From assembly GCA_041650615.1 (NCBI GenBank), contig JBAZKU010000001.1, positions 524,854 through 588,853 on the forward strand: a DNA stretch of 64,000 nucleotides, read 5' to 3'. Each line of letters opens with the position of its first letter. Positions within the stretch are counted from its first letter, which is position 1. Position numbers and translations under genes: made by a program. The stretch comes from Minisyncoccota bacterium (GTDB lineage Bacteria; Patescibacteriota; Minisyncoccia; Phycocordibacterales; UBA9973). Positions 45,795 through 56,236 of this stretch are shown here, piece by piece. The notes beneath the pieces are model-generated. The model had not been told where the DNA came from, did no database searches, and saw only the letters and a list, made by a program, of their open reading frames with translations.

Positions 45795-47816
45795 GTGACC
45801 AAAAATATAAATAAAATATTAAAATATGGCAGTTATTTTTTAGTTTTTTCTTTACCTCTTTTTTATATTAAGAATACCTTTTTCCCCTATACCAGTCCCA
45901 AAACTTTTTTATTTTATGGTATCGTAGAGATTCTAACAGCTTTCTGGATTTATGCTCTTATTACGGACTCTTCATATAGATTAAATAAAAAAACTTTATT
46001 ATGTTTTCTACCATTAACGTGTTTTATCATTTGGATGACAATTGCTGGAATTTTAGCGGTCAGTCCAATGCTTTCATTTTGGTCATCAATCAGCAGAGGA
46101 ACCGGATTATTGACCTTATTTCATTGTTTTGTCTTTTCTCTAATAATTTCTTCTTTGATAAAACGCGATGGAGTGAATTATTTATACAAATTAATGCACT
46201 GGTTTATCAATAGCGGTTTCGTTTTAGCGCTTTCCATATGGTTTGGGATTGAGGGGTTTAATATTTTAAAAGATGACGGAGGGGGCGGACTAATGGGGAA
46301 TTCTTCTTTTACTGCAACTTATTTGATTTTTATTCTTGCCTTTGGATTTTTTCTTTTTACCTCTAAATCTATTAGTAATAATAGAAATAAATGGTGGCTG
46401 GGAATCAAACTTACAGCAATACTTCTATCCCCAATTTTTATAAATATCTCTGGTTTATTTACCAACCGTGGAATTTTAGGTAGCGCTCGGGGAGCAATAT
46501 CGGGAATAGCAGTAGGCTTAGTTGCAGCTTCCGTGTTTTATTTATTATTTTCACAGAAAAAAAATATTCGTATTTTAGCTATAGCATTAATAATTATCGG
46601 CTCTATAGTTTTTTCTGTCGGATGGGGACAATTATTTAATCCAAATACTTCATTACATAAATCATTTGTTGAAATTGCCAGCGGAACCCGCTTTATTTTT
46701 GCCGATATTGCGCAGGAATCAATGGAGAAACATCCTTGGTTTGGTTATGGTCCGGAAAATTATATGATTGCTTTTCAAGAGAACCTAGATACAAAAATGT
46801 TTCTTCCCGAATACAATTATGAGATTTGGTCAGATCGAGCGCATAATATTTATTATGATACAGGGGTATCCGGAGGCTATCCTGCCATTGTTTTTTATGC
46901 GCTATTTATTATTTCTATAATGTATGGTCTTTACAAATTACATAATAAAGGAATATTTAATCGCATAGGAATTGCTATCCTAGGCGGTCTGGTAATTGGC
47001 TATGTCTTCCAAAATTTATTTGTATTTGATTCCCTAGTTTCAATTATGACCTTATTTGTTCTAGCTGGAATTGTTTTTACTTACCAAGATAGTTTAGCTA
47101 AAGGAGAATTTGTTTCAAAACCTATTAGTTTGTTTATTAAAAATACTGTTGGTTTAATGTTGTTAATAGTTTGTTCCATATCTTTGGTATTTTTTGTATT
47201 CAGGCCAGGGAAAAAGATTTTTGATTATTATAGAATTGCCGAAATGCCGATTGATATTCGCGCGAGCCATTATAACGATTTATTAAAGGGATCTTCCATA
47301 GGAGAACAGTGGGATTTTAGCGACATAGCCGATAACACATATAAACTTTACAATTCCGATATTACCAGAATAAAAAACGATAAAAGTATATTGCCTTATG
47401 CAGTAAATGATATAAAAGCATTGCTTCAATATGCTGAAAAAATTGCAGAGAGAAATAAATTTAATACTAGATTAAATATCAGCGTAGTTTCCCTATATAA
47501 TATCCTTAATTATTTGAGCGATAATCCATATGATCCAGTCTTAGAGGATCACTTAGTTAAAATTTTTAACGATACTAAAATTATTTCACCTAAAAACTTG
47601 GAAATTTATTGGGCTATGGCTCAAGTTTATATGTGGAAAATGGACTATACTGAAGTAATAGATACCTATCAAAAAGCTATTGCTATTGATCCCAGTGTTC
47701 CTTTTTCCCATAATATTTTAATTATATTTGCTCAAAATATAGGGAACAAAAAGCTATATAATGAATCTTTATTAAAAGCCAAACAAGATATCCCAAATTT
47801 TTCTTTTTCTCAGTAA
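45795..47816 (+). CDS. O-antigen ligase-like (Wzy_C) membrane protein with TPR-like C-terminus; candidate O-oligosaccharyltransferase
   Basis: SFWS...RGTG, MGNS, SARGA, FGYGPENY, DRAHNIY; GTG 45795 lies 6 nt after TATAAT. Confidence 0.8.
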   Translation: MTKNINKILKYGSYFLVFSLPLFYIKNTFFPYTSPKTFLFYGIVEILTAFWIYALITDSSYRLNKKTLLCFLPLTCFIIWMTIAGILAVSPMLSFWSSISRGTGLLTLFHCFVFSLIISSLIKRDGVNYLYKLMHWFINSGFVLALSIWFGIEGFNILKDDGGGGLMGNSSFTATYLIFILAFGFFLFTSKSISNNRNKWWLGIKLTAILLSPIFINISGLFTNRGILGSARGAISGIAVGLVAASVFYLLFSQKKNIRILAIALIIIGSIVFSVGWGQLFNPNTSLHKSFVEIASGTRFIFADIAQESMEKHPWFGYGPENYMIAFQENLDTKMFLPEYNYEIWSDRAHNIYYDTGVSGGYPAIVFYALFIISIMYGLYKLHNKGIFNRIGIAILGGLVIGYVFQNLFVFDSLVSIMTLFVLAGIVFTYQDSLAKGEFVSKPISLFIKNTVGLMLLIVCSISLVFFVFRPGKKIFDYYRIAEMPIDIRASHYNDLLKGSSIGEQWDFSDIADNTYKLYNSDITRIKNDKSILPYAVNDIKALLQYAEKIAERNKFNTRLNISVVSLYNILNYLSDNPYDPVLEDHLVKIFNDTKIISPKNLEIYWAMAQVYMWKMDYTEVIDTYQKAIAIDPSVPFSHNILIIFAQNIGNKKLYNESLLKAKQDIPNFSFSQ

Positions 47817-47834
47817 ATATTTGTAATTAAACCG

Positions 47835-49907
47835 ATGACAAAAATACTAAAAATATGCTTATGGATGCTTGCTTTTACTCCGCTTATTGCAGATAATTCA
47901 CTTTTTTACTCTTCCAGCACCACAGAGAGCATCTTTTTAAGAGGGCTCTTGTTTTTATTGAGTATTCTCTTTGTGTTTAACTTTTTTTATACGAAAAAGT
48001 TTAGAGATAACATAGTTGAAAAAACAAAGATAGCTGTAAAAAATCCATTATTTATTTCTATCTCGGTTTTTGTTTTTATGTTTATAATAAGTACTATTTT
48101 TGCCATTGACAAGTATAGTGCTTTTTGGGGAACCATAGAAAGAGCGGAAGGATTAACCGGAATCATATATTTCTTTTCTTTTTTTATTTTCAGCTTGCTT
48201 ATTTTTGAAAGAAAAGATTGGCTTTGGTTTTTCAAATTGAGTTTATTGACAACCTTGGCACTTATATTTAAGGAATTTGTGCAGTTTTTGGGCGGAATGA
48301 ACAGGCCGGATTCCTTTTTAGGCAATCCCACCTTTTTAGCTGGTTACTTGCTTTTTCCAATATTTTGCTCCCTGATTGTTTTTAGTGAAGTAAAAAATAA
48401 TTTTTGGAAGTATCTTTCTATAGGAATATTTTTATTGTCTATTTTAGGAGTTTTTATTACAGAAACTAGGGGAACAATAGTTGGGTTTATTTTGGGGATT
48501 ATTTCTGTGTTGATTTATGGAGTTTTAAAAGGGAAAGATGTTTTCTATAAAAGATTAAATTTACACAAACTATCAATTATTATCTTGTGTTTAATTATTG
48601 TCTTTTCCGCTGTTTTTATTTTAACTAGAAAAAGTGAAATATGGCAAAAAGTTCCCGGATTGGGAAGAATTACTGTCATAAGCAATGAAGATTCTTCAAC
48701 CCAAACGAGATTAATTATGACAAAATTAAGTATAGATGCCGTTAATCCAATGCAAAATGGCTTGAAGAAAACTTTGATAGGCTGGGGACCGGAAAATTTC
48801 GATCTTGCTTATGCAAAATATTTTAATCCCGAACAATTCAAGTACGAAATCGGGTGGTTTGATCGAGCACACAATAAAATTTTTGATGTACTGGTTATGA
48901 ATGGTATTTTAGGACTTATGGCCTATCTTACTGTTTGGTTTTTACTGTTTAGTTTTGTTTTAAAGAAAAAAGGTTTCTCTTTAACTAATACGGGGTTACT
49001 TTTATTTGGAGTTTCTCTTTTTGTGCATCTTTTATTCGTTTTTGACCAAATAACGACATATCTTTACTTCTTTGCCATATTGTCTTTCATATTATCTTCA
49101 ATGCTTTCTGATAATCCCGAGAAAGGAGACAAGGAGTATAAAAATAAATATGATATTAACAAGAGAAAAAGTGTTTTTATAGGCATATTTTTTTCATTCC
49201 TGGCATTGTTCTTATCTTTTATTTTTTTCAAAAATGATTTACCGGCTTATATTCAATTAAAGAGTTACGCTTCTTTAAGAGAAAAAAGTGAAGTAAAAAC
49301 CATGTTAAGTAAAATTAATTCTGTATTTGAACCGCTCACAACAGCTCAAGCGAAGATCAGATATGATTTTTTATCTTTTGTTTCAAAAAATTATAATGCG
49401 AAAAGCGAATCAATCGTAAAATTATCCGACATTTCATTTCTTAAGGCGGAAGAGTATGCTGGTAAAAGGCCATTTGATTTGCAATTTTTAAACCTTTTGG
49501 GTTTGACTTATACCACTCAAGGCAAAAATTTAAATAATTCTGAGCTTCTTAAAAAAGGTGAAGAATATTTCAAAAAAATTCTTTTGTTTTCGCCTAATAA
49601 GCTGGATTTTAATTATGGTTTGGCTTTAAATTGGCTATATCAGAAAAAATTCAATGATTCTTTTAATCTTTTTGAAAAAATTTTTAACACCGCCCCGGAA
49701 TATTTTTCTCAAAAAGATGCAGGGCCTGAAGGAGCTTACATTCTTTTTTTACAGCATTTTTATGAAATCAAAGACGAGAATAATTTTATTAAAACCGCTA
49801 AACGACTAAAAGAGAATAATTATTCTGATTCATCTGTACTTGACCAAATTATCAATCTAATACAAAAAAATAACTTTTGGCCTTATGTTAATTTTATTCA
49901 ACAATAG
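47835..49907 (+). CDS. Second O-antigen ligase-like (Wzy_C) protein with TPR-like tail
   Basis: FWGTIERAEG, LGNPTFLAGY, TETRG, GWGPENF, FDRAHN. Confidence 0.85.
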   Translation: MTKILKICLWMLAFTPLIADNSLFYSSSTTESIFLRGLLFLLSILFVFNFFYTKKFRDNIVEKTKIAVKNPLFISISVFVFMFIISTIFAIDKYSAFWGTIERAEGLTGIIYFFSFFIFSLLIFERKDWLWFFKLSLLTTLALIFKEFVQFLGGMNRPDSFLGNPTFLAGYLLFPIFCSLIVFSEVKNNFWKYLSIGIFLLSILGVFITETRGTIVGFILGIISVLIYGVLKGKDVFYKRLNLHKLSIIILCLIIVFSAVFILTRKSEIWQKVPGLGRITVISNEDSSTQTRLIMTKLSIDAVNPMQNGLKKTLIGWGPENFDLAYAKYFNPEQFKYEIGWFDRAHNKIFDVLVMNGILGLMAYLTVWFLLFSFVLKKKGFSLTNTGLLLFGVSLFVHLLFVFDQITTYLYFFAILSFILSSMLSDNPEKGDKEYKNKYDINKRKSVFIGIFFSFLALFLSFIFFKNDLPAYIQLKSYASLREKSEVKTMLSKINSVFEPLTTAQAKIRYDFLSFVSKNYNAKSESIVKLSDISFLKAEEYAGKRPFDLQFLNLLGLTYTTQGKNLNNSELLKKGEEYFKKILLFSPNKLDFNYGLALNWLYQKKFNDSFNLFEKIFNTAPEYFSQKDAGPEGAYILFLQHFYEIKDENNFIKTAKRLKENNYSDSSVLDQIINLIQKNNFWPYVNFIQQ

Positions 49908-49927
49908 GTTATTATAAAAATATATTT

Positions 49928-50815
49928 ATGAAAAAAATTATTGTTACAGGAGGAGCAGGATTTATTGGGTCACACCTGGTTGATGCGCTTGTTGAGGATG
50001 GATACGAAGTTCACATAGTTGATAATTTATCTGCTGGGAAAAAGGAAAATGTGAATTCTAAGGCAATTTTGCACATTGTGGATATAAGAGATAAAGAAAA
50101 ATTAATTCCAATCTTTAAAAATGCGGAATATGTTTTTCATGAAGCAGCTGTTCCCCAAGTGCAATATTCCATAGAAAATCCAATTGAGACCAATGAAATC
50201 AACGTCGGGGGCTTACTTAATGTTTTAGAAGCCTCAAGGTTAAATGGCGCTAAAAGGGTCATTTTTGCCTCTTCCTGCGCTATATATGGGAATCAAGATA
50301 AATTGCCGCTAATGGAAGAAATGATAGCCCAACCTTTATCTCCATACGCCACTCAAAAATATATAGGGGAAGCGTATATGAAATTATATTCGCAAATTTA
50401 TAAATTAGAAACTGTTTGCCTTCGTTATTTTAATGTTTACGGTTCGCGCCAATCTGTAAATGGGTCATATCCTTTAGTCATAGCAAAATTTTTAGACCTT
50501 AAAAAACAAAACAAACCGCTTCAAATAGTAGGCAGTGGCGATAATACTCGCGACTATGTTAGTGTCAAAGATGTAATTAAAGCTAATCTTTTAGCGATGA
50601 AAAATGATAAAGTCGGGAAAGGAGAAGTGATAAATATTGGCGCCGGGAAACAATATTCAGTCAATCAAATTGCAGAGCTGATAGGCGGTTCAATAGAGCA
50701 TATTCCTCCGCGTATTGAACCACAAAATTTTCAAGCAGATATAAATAAAGCAAAAAAACTTTTAAATTGGGAGCCGAAAATAAAATTGGAGGAGGGGATA
50801 AAAGAGTTAAAGTAA
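49928..50815 (+). CDS. NAD-dependent nucleotide-sugar epimerase (GalE/WbpP-like)
   Basis: VTGGAGFIGSHL, SPYATQK, LRYFNVYG, RDYV. Confidence 0.9.
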   Translation: MKKIIVTGGAGFIGSHLVDALVEDGYEVHIVDNLSAGKKENVNSKAILHIVDIRDKEKLIPIFKNAEYVFHEAAVPQVQYSIENPIETNEINVGGLLNVLEASRLNGAKRVIFASSCAIYGNQDKLPLMEEMIAQPLSPYATQKYIGEAYMKLYSQIYKLETVCLRYFNVYGSRQSVNGSYPLVIAKFLDLKKQNKPLQIVGSGDNTRDYVSVKDVIKANLLAMKNDKVGKGEVINIGAGKQYSVNQIAELIGGSIEHIPPRIEPQNFQADINKAKKLLNWEPKIKLEEGIKELK

Positions 50816-50819
50816 AAAA

Positions 50820-51587
50820 CTAATCATCATTAAAATCACTGTCTTCCAGTTTATATAATTTCCAATATTTGCTGGTTATAGACATATTTTTAGTAAGAGG
50901 AGTAGTTCCTTTGTAGTCTTTTAAGGTCATTGGTTCCACTTTGCTTCCTCCGGCTATCGCATAATCATACATAGATATTTTTTTATCTCCGCAAATATGG
51001 ATTATCGGATGTTTGGGTTTTTCTTCTATAATATCTTTTAAACCTTTTGCCACTCCTTGAGCGAATAAATATGTGCCATAGCGGTCAGTAAAAGCCCTTG
51101 GATGTTCCCAAGGCATACTGGTAAAATTTGTTCTCACCGTTGTTACCATCATATCCTCACTGTTATATGTTTTGGCAATTTCTTCGGCAATATATTTAGT
51201 AAGGCCATAATAATGTTTCGGATAGGGAATACCATCTTCATCCTCCATAATTTCATCATCTATTCCGGGGAATATGCAAGCGGTATTCAAATAAATAAAA
51301 TGCTTCACTCCGCTTTTTTTTGAAACATCCAACATTCTTCTGGTGCCATTGACATTCATTTCATAAGCTTCCTCTTTTTTTTCTTCACACAGAGGGATGC
51401 TGGCTATAGCGGCCAAGTGTATTACGGTATTTATTTTATGGTTGGAAAAATAACTTAAAATACTTTTATCTTTTAAGATGTTCAATTCGGCACTACTGGG
51501 ATATTGAGCGTTTGGAAATATTTTTTTGCAAGCCTTTCCAAGTTTCCCAGACCCCCCGGTAAATAATATTTTTTCTTCCTCAATCAT
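50820..51587 (-). CDS. RmlD-like nucleotide-sugar 4-reductase
   Basis: FTGGSGKLG, IHLAA, YGLTK, VRTNF. Confidence 0.8.
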   Translation of the reverse strand: MIEEEKILFTGGSGKLGKACKKIFPNAQYPSSAELNILKDKSILSYFSNHKINTVIHLAAIASIPLCEEKKEEAYEMNVNGTRRMLDVSKKSGVKHFIYLNTACIFPGIDDEIMEDEDGIPYPKHYYGLTKYIAEEIAKTYNSEDMMVTTVRTNFTSMPWEHPRAFTDRYGTYLFAQGVAKGLKDIIEEKPKHPIIHICGDKKISMYDYAIAGGSKVEPMTLKDYKGTTPLTKNMSITSKYWKLYKLEDSDFNDD

Positions 51588-51595
51588 AATATTAA

Positions 51596-52585
51596 TTAAA
51601 TAAAATTTCCGTTTTTTAACATCTCCTTTATTTCTTTTTTGTTCATAAGAATATCATTTGATGAATATTCTTTAAATGGTACTTTCTTCAAATGTTTATA
51701 TTTCTTTTCCAAGCCGTCAATTTTAACCTGGGGCAAAATTACATAATAGTTTTTATCATACTGGTAAGTTGAGGGAGCCTCATTTTTGCCTATTAAACAT
51801 TCATGTATTTTTTCTCCCGGTCTGACCCCGATTTCTTTTATCGGTATTTTTTGATTAGCAACTTCTTTTATTAAAACTTCAGCTATATCTATAACTTTAC
51901 AGGCAGGCATTTTCATCACGAAAGTTTCTCCGCCAAAACTATTTTCAGTGGCTTTAAATAAAAGATGAATGGCTTCTTTTAGGGTTATATAGTACCTGGT
52001 CATTTCTCTATCAGTAATGAGTATCGTTTTTAGTCTATTTATTTGGTCTATAAAGAACGGAACTATACTACCATTGGTTCCCAAGACATTTCCACCGCGA
52101 ATGCAAACGAATTTTGTCTTAGGAGAATCAATGTTGGCATTAATCATCAATCTTTCCCCGACCGCTTTTGTCATTCCATAAAAATTGAACGGGTCAGCCG
52201 CTTTATCAGTAGAAACATCAATAACTTTTTTGACTTTATTTTCTTTGGCGGCATCTATTACATTTTGAGTTCCGATTATATTTGTTTTTACTGCTTCTTC
52301 TTGTTGTTCTTCGCAAATTGGAACATGTTTCAACGCGGCCAAATGAAAGATATAATCCACTCCAACTGAGGTTTTAACCAAATGTTTATAATCTCTAATA
52401 TCTCCAATTATATACTTTATTTTAGAATTATTAAAACTCCTTTGCATATTTACCTGTTGCAATTCGCTTCTTGAATAAATAATTATTTTTTTAGGTTTCT
52501 TTTCTAATAGTTGTCTGGTCAGTTCGTTTCCCCAAGATCCTGTTCCGCCGGTTATTAAAACAACCGAATTTTTAAAAATTGACAT
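51596..52585 (-). CDS. UDP-GlcNAc 4,6-dehydratase/5-epimerase (FnlA/CapE/WbjB-like)
   Basis: ITGGTGSWG, GDIRD, HLAALKHVP, STDKA, YGMTKA, GNVLGTNGS, G.RPGEK.HE. Confidence 0.88.
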   Translation of the reverse strand: MSIFKNSVVLITGGTGSWGNELTRQLLEKKPKKIIIYSRSELQQVNMQRSFNNSKIKYIIGDIRDYKHLVKTSVGVDYIFHLAALKHVPICEEQQEEAVKTNIIGTQNVIDAAKENKVKKVIDVSTDKAADPFNFYGMTKAVGERLMINANIDSPKTKFVCIRGGNVLGTNGSIVPFFIDQINRLKTILITDREMTRYYITLKEAIHLLFKATENSFGGETFVMKMPACKVIDIAEVLIKEVANQKIPIKEIGVRPGEKIHECLIGKNEAPSTYQYDKNYYVILPQVKIDGLEKKYKHLKKVPFKEYSSNDILMNKKEIKEMLKNGNFI

Positions 52586-52588
52586 ATT

Positions 52589-53665
52589 TTACTTGTTTAA
52601 TATTAGTTTAATAATTTTTTCCGATACATTCTTGTCGGAATAACCTTTCGGCTGTTCCCAACTAGTTTTTCTTTTCAGCATTATTCTAACACATTTTAGG
52701 ATTTTAGCACTGTTTAATCCGGATAAAATATTACTTCCACATTCTATTGTCTCCGGTCTTTCTGTAGTCGTTCTTATGGTTACGGTAGGAACCCTTAATA
52801 TACAGCATTCTTCTTGGACGGTTCCACTGTCGCTTATGGCGCATAAAGCATTTTTTTCCAATTTTACAAAGTCAAAAAACCCAAATGGTTTTGATAATTT
52901 TATTAATTTGCTCTTTGGCTTGATTCCAAATTTTTTCATTTTCTCCCTAGTTCTTGGATGCAGACTTACTATAATCGGCATTTTATATTTCCGAGCTACC
53001 AAATCAAGCCCCTTAAAAATTTCTTTTAATCTTTGCGGGTTATCAACATTCTCTGCCCTATGGGATGTCACTATAAAATAGTTTTTCTTTTTTAAGCTTA
53101 ATTTTTTTAATATTTTGCTATTATCTATTTCTTTTCTGAAATGAATTAAAACTTCATTGATGGGATTACCGGTAACGATTGTTTTTTTAGGGGAATGTCC
53201 CTCCTTCATTAAATTATTGTAACTGCCCGGAGTATAAGGGAGATTATATGAAGATATTGCATCTATTGTGTGCCTATTTTTTTCTTCCGGAACCGACAAA
53301 TCATGGCATCTGTTTCCGGCTTCCATATGATAGACAGGTATCATCATTTTTTCAGCGACGATTGAAGCCAAACCACTATTTGTATCTCCCAAAATCAATA
53401 CTTTATCAGGATTAATTTTTTTAAGAATTTTATAAGTTTCTCCGATTATTTTACTTAATTGCGGACCAATGGATGAATCAATTGCGTTCAGATAGAAATT
53501 CGGTTTTCTTAATTTTAGTTGTTCAAAGAAGATATCTTTTAAACTGGATGAATGGTTTTGCCCGGTATATATCATCGTATGTTCTGAATATTTATCCAAT
53601 TTTTTAATAATTAGGTTTAAACGAATTATTTCCGGTCTTGTTCCTAAAATAGTGGCTATTTTCAT
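52589..53665 (-). CDS. Non-hydrolysing UDP-HexNAc 2-epimerase (FnlC/WbjD/WecB family)
   Basis: LGTRPEIIRL, LGDTNS, HMEAGNRC, PEE.NR, HRAENVD, SDSGTVQEE, TERPE. Confidence 0.9.
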   Translation of the reverse strand: MKIATILGTRPEIIRLNLIIKKLDKYSEHTMIYTGQNHSSSLKDIFFEQLKLRKPNFYLNAIDSSIGPQLSKIIGETYKILKKINPDKVLILGDTNSGLASIVAEKMMIPVYHMEAGNRCHDLSVPEEKNRHTIDAISSYNLPYTPGSYNNLMKEGHSPKKTIVTGNPINEVLIHFRKEIDNSKILKKLSLKKKNYFIVTSHRAENVDNPQRLKEIFKGLDLVARKYKMPIIVSLHPRTREKMKKFGIKPKSKLIKLSKPFGFFDFVKLEKNALCAISDSGTVQEECCILRVPTVTIRTTTERPETIECGSNILSGLNSAKILKCVRIMLKRKTSWEQPKGYSDKNVSEKIIKLILNK

Positions 53666-53790
53666 AATGTATTATCGTTATTTTCAATAGTAACTTTCAG
53701 TATACCACGATCTCTTTTTTTTACAATTTAATGATAAATTAGCTTATCAAAATTGTTTATTTAATTTAATAGTTGTATCATATCGGTATT

Positions 53791-54939
53791 ATGAGAATAG
53801 CAATTTTAGATACTTACAATCCCGTTGTTGATTTTAAAGACGCCGGACAGATTATTGAAGGATTAAAAGATTTAGGCATTGATGCTTTTTTTATTTCTCT
53901 CAACAACCCCAATCTTGAGGCGCATAAACCTTCTTTCAAGGTTATATCGGGTAATTTAGTCGATATTAATTTCTGGAAAGAAGTAGACGTTGATATAGTT
54001 TTATTTATTTCGCGCTTAAGTCCACATTATACGGAAATTTTAAAAACCATTAAAAATAGTGGCAAAAAGGTTATTGTAAAAGCTGACAGCGATGGGACCA
54101 TAGGGTATCCATTATTGCCGAATTATTTAAGAATATTAAAAATAAATCGCAACCCGATTAGATGGGTATTAAGTAATATAAAATGGAGATTGCCGATAGG
54201 TTATTTCGTAAAAAGAAAATTAAAACAGATAGAGCTTGCTGATGCGGTAATTTTTGAAACTCCTGCAGCATTAAATAACGCAATAAATATTTTATATTTT
54301 TGGCATTATGATAATTTAATAAAAAAACTTTTTTTTATTCCGGATCCAGTTTCTGATGATATTATAAATATAGACTTAAACAGTAGTAAAAATAATACAA
54401 TAATTTCAATTGGCCGGTGGGAAGATGAAGGGTGTAAAAATACAATGGCTATGTTAAACGTGGTGAGAGATTTTTTAAAGATTCATAGGGAGTACCAATA
54501 TATCATTATTGGGTCAGGTAAAAATAAAGTTTTATCTTTTATAAAAACCCTACCATTGGAAATTAGCTCAAGAATAATTATAAAAGGTTCAATAAACCAT
54601 GGACAAATACCCCAACTCCTTTCAAAATCCAAAATATTTTTTGCGCCGTCTAATCTTGAGAGTTTTAACATTGCCGCAGCCGAAGCGCTTTGTATGGGAT
54701 GTTCTGTTGTTGGGACCCCTCTTGAAAATTTTAAATATTTAACAGCTAATGGATTTTCAGGATTAATTACAGAAGACTTTAAAGAGTCGTCTTTTTTCAA
54801 TGCCTTAATTAAAGATTCAAAAAAGTGGGAAGATAATCAATATAATCAATCTGAAATTGCTGATTTTTGGAGAAAAAAGTTAAATAGAAAAAGAGTAGCT
54901 CAAGAAATATTAAATGTTTGTAAAAAAATTAGTGAATAG
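53791..54939 (+). CDS. GT4 family glycosyltransferase
   Basis: ISIGRW...KN, PSNLESFNIAAAEAL.MG. Confidence 0.85.
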   Translation: MRIAILDTYNPVVDFKDAGQIIEGLKDLGIDAFFISLNNPNLEAHKPSFKVISGNLVDINFWKEVDVDIVLFISRLSPHYTEILKTIKNSGKKVIVKADSDGTIGYPLLPNYLRILKINRNPIRWVLSNIKWRLPIGYFVKRKLKQIELADAVIFETPAALNNAINILYFWHYDNLIKKLFFIPDPVSDDIINIDLNSSKNNTIISIGRWEDEGCKNTMAMLNVVRDFLKIHREYQYIIIGSGKNKVLSFIKTLPLEISSRIIIKGSINHGQIPQLLSKSKIFFAPSNLESFNIAAAEALCMGCSVVGTPLENFKYLTANGFSGLITEDFKESSFFNALIKDSKKWEDNQYNQSEIADFWRKKLNRKRVAQEILNVCKKISE

Positions 54940-54946
54940 AAATTAT

Positions 54947-56236
54947 TTAATTATTCTCTAAAAATAAAGATTCGAAAATTACAGCATTTTTATTTGCGTC
55001 ATGATTTTCGAAAAAGATATTTTTTGCGTTTTTAGTTATAGTTTTTGAAAATTCTTTATCTGTTAGTAATTTTTTTATGGCTTTTTTTAATTTTTCAATG
55101 TTTTCTTCATCTACAACTTCGGCAAAATTGCCTTCTTTGGCGTATTTTGTCAAAAAAGCAGAAGCTGGGGCATGAATCAAAATAGGTTTCCCGGCTATCA
55201 TGTAATCATTTAATTTCCCGGGCGTGGCTGTATCAATAATTGCCTGGCTTTTTGTATGCCATGAAAGGGGAAGAAATAAAATATCAGCTTTGCTTTGAAT
55301 TTCCGGCATTTCTTTTGGAGAAGCCACTAAAATTTCAACTTTTTTTGATTCCACTATCCCTATTTTTTTAAGATAATCTTTAGGATTTGGAGAATAAATT
55401 TTAAGTTTTATGTCAATGTCATTGATTTCTTCAACAGCCTTAATTAAATTTTTTAGGCTTTCTAATTGTGGCCATGCAATACTGCCGGTAAAAACAATAT
55501 TATATGGTGATAATGGTCTATGGATTTGTTGATTGTTTTGTAATTTAATATACGGTTCCGGGAAAGTTGAATTATGAATAACAACTATTTTTTTTAATAT
55601 TTTTTCTCCATAATATTTTTTATAAAATTCTGCCGTTCCTTCATTAGTTACAATAATCTTTTGCGCGTCTTCAAATATTTTTGGTTCAAAAATACCGGCA
55701 ATCAATTTGCCGGGGAAGAGGAGGTTGTTTCCTTTATAAAGGTCAAAAAGAAAAATATGAAACGGTTTTCCTGTCAATTTGTGCAGAAGATATGTGCTTA
55801 TTATTGCTGGTCCATAGTCTGAAAAACCCACCATAATATCAATATTTTTTTCATATATTACTTTTTTTTGTCTTAAAATAGCGAAAATTTGTATCAATAT
55901 GATGAATGTTCCATTTAGCATTCGCATTAACGAAGAACGCTTAAGTATGGATTTTAGTCTGCCAATAAATTCTCTTCGCTTGCCATACTTGATATTTTCA
56001 CTTCCTTGTTCTCTGGCTTTTTCTTTGGTTATTTTTGGATTATCGTAAAAAATATACTCTCCTTCAAGCCATGTTCCAATTTTAGCTGAAATATTGTTAA
56101 TATTATAAAAACTTGTTAGGATACAGTAAGAGTTTGGGTCAGTGTCTCTCAGCAGATTATATAGATTTTGTGGTCCACCCAATAATGGTGGAGCGTAGAA
56201 GGATATAAAAAGAGTTTTTTTTAATTCATTATGCAT
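54947..56236 (-). CDS. GT4-like glycosyltransferase
   Basis: ISFYAPP...GG, VFTGSI, ADILFLP, PGKL.DYM.AGKPIL. Confidence 0.8.
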   Translation of the reverse strand: MHNELKKTLFISFYAPPLLGGPQNLYNLLRDTDPNSYCILTSFYNINNISAKIGTWLEGEYIFYDNPKITKEKAREQGSENIKYGKRREFIGRLKSILKRSSLMRMLNGTFIILIQIFAILRQKKVIYEKNIDIMVGFSDYGPAIISTYLLHKLTGKPFHIFLFDLYKGNNLLFPGKLIAGIFEPKIFEDAQKIIVTNEGTAEFYKKYYGEKILKKIVVIHNSTFPEPYIKLQNNQQIHRPLSPYNIVFTGSIAWPQLESLKNLIKAVEEINDIDIKLKIYSPNPKDYLKKIGIVESKKVEILVASPKEMPEIQSKADILFLPLSWHTKSQAIIDTATPGKLNDYMIAGKPILIHAPASAFLTKYAKEGNFAEVVDEENIEKLKKAIKKLLTDKEFSKTITKNAKNIFFENHDANKNAVIFESLFLENN

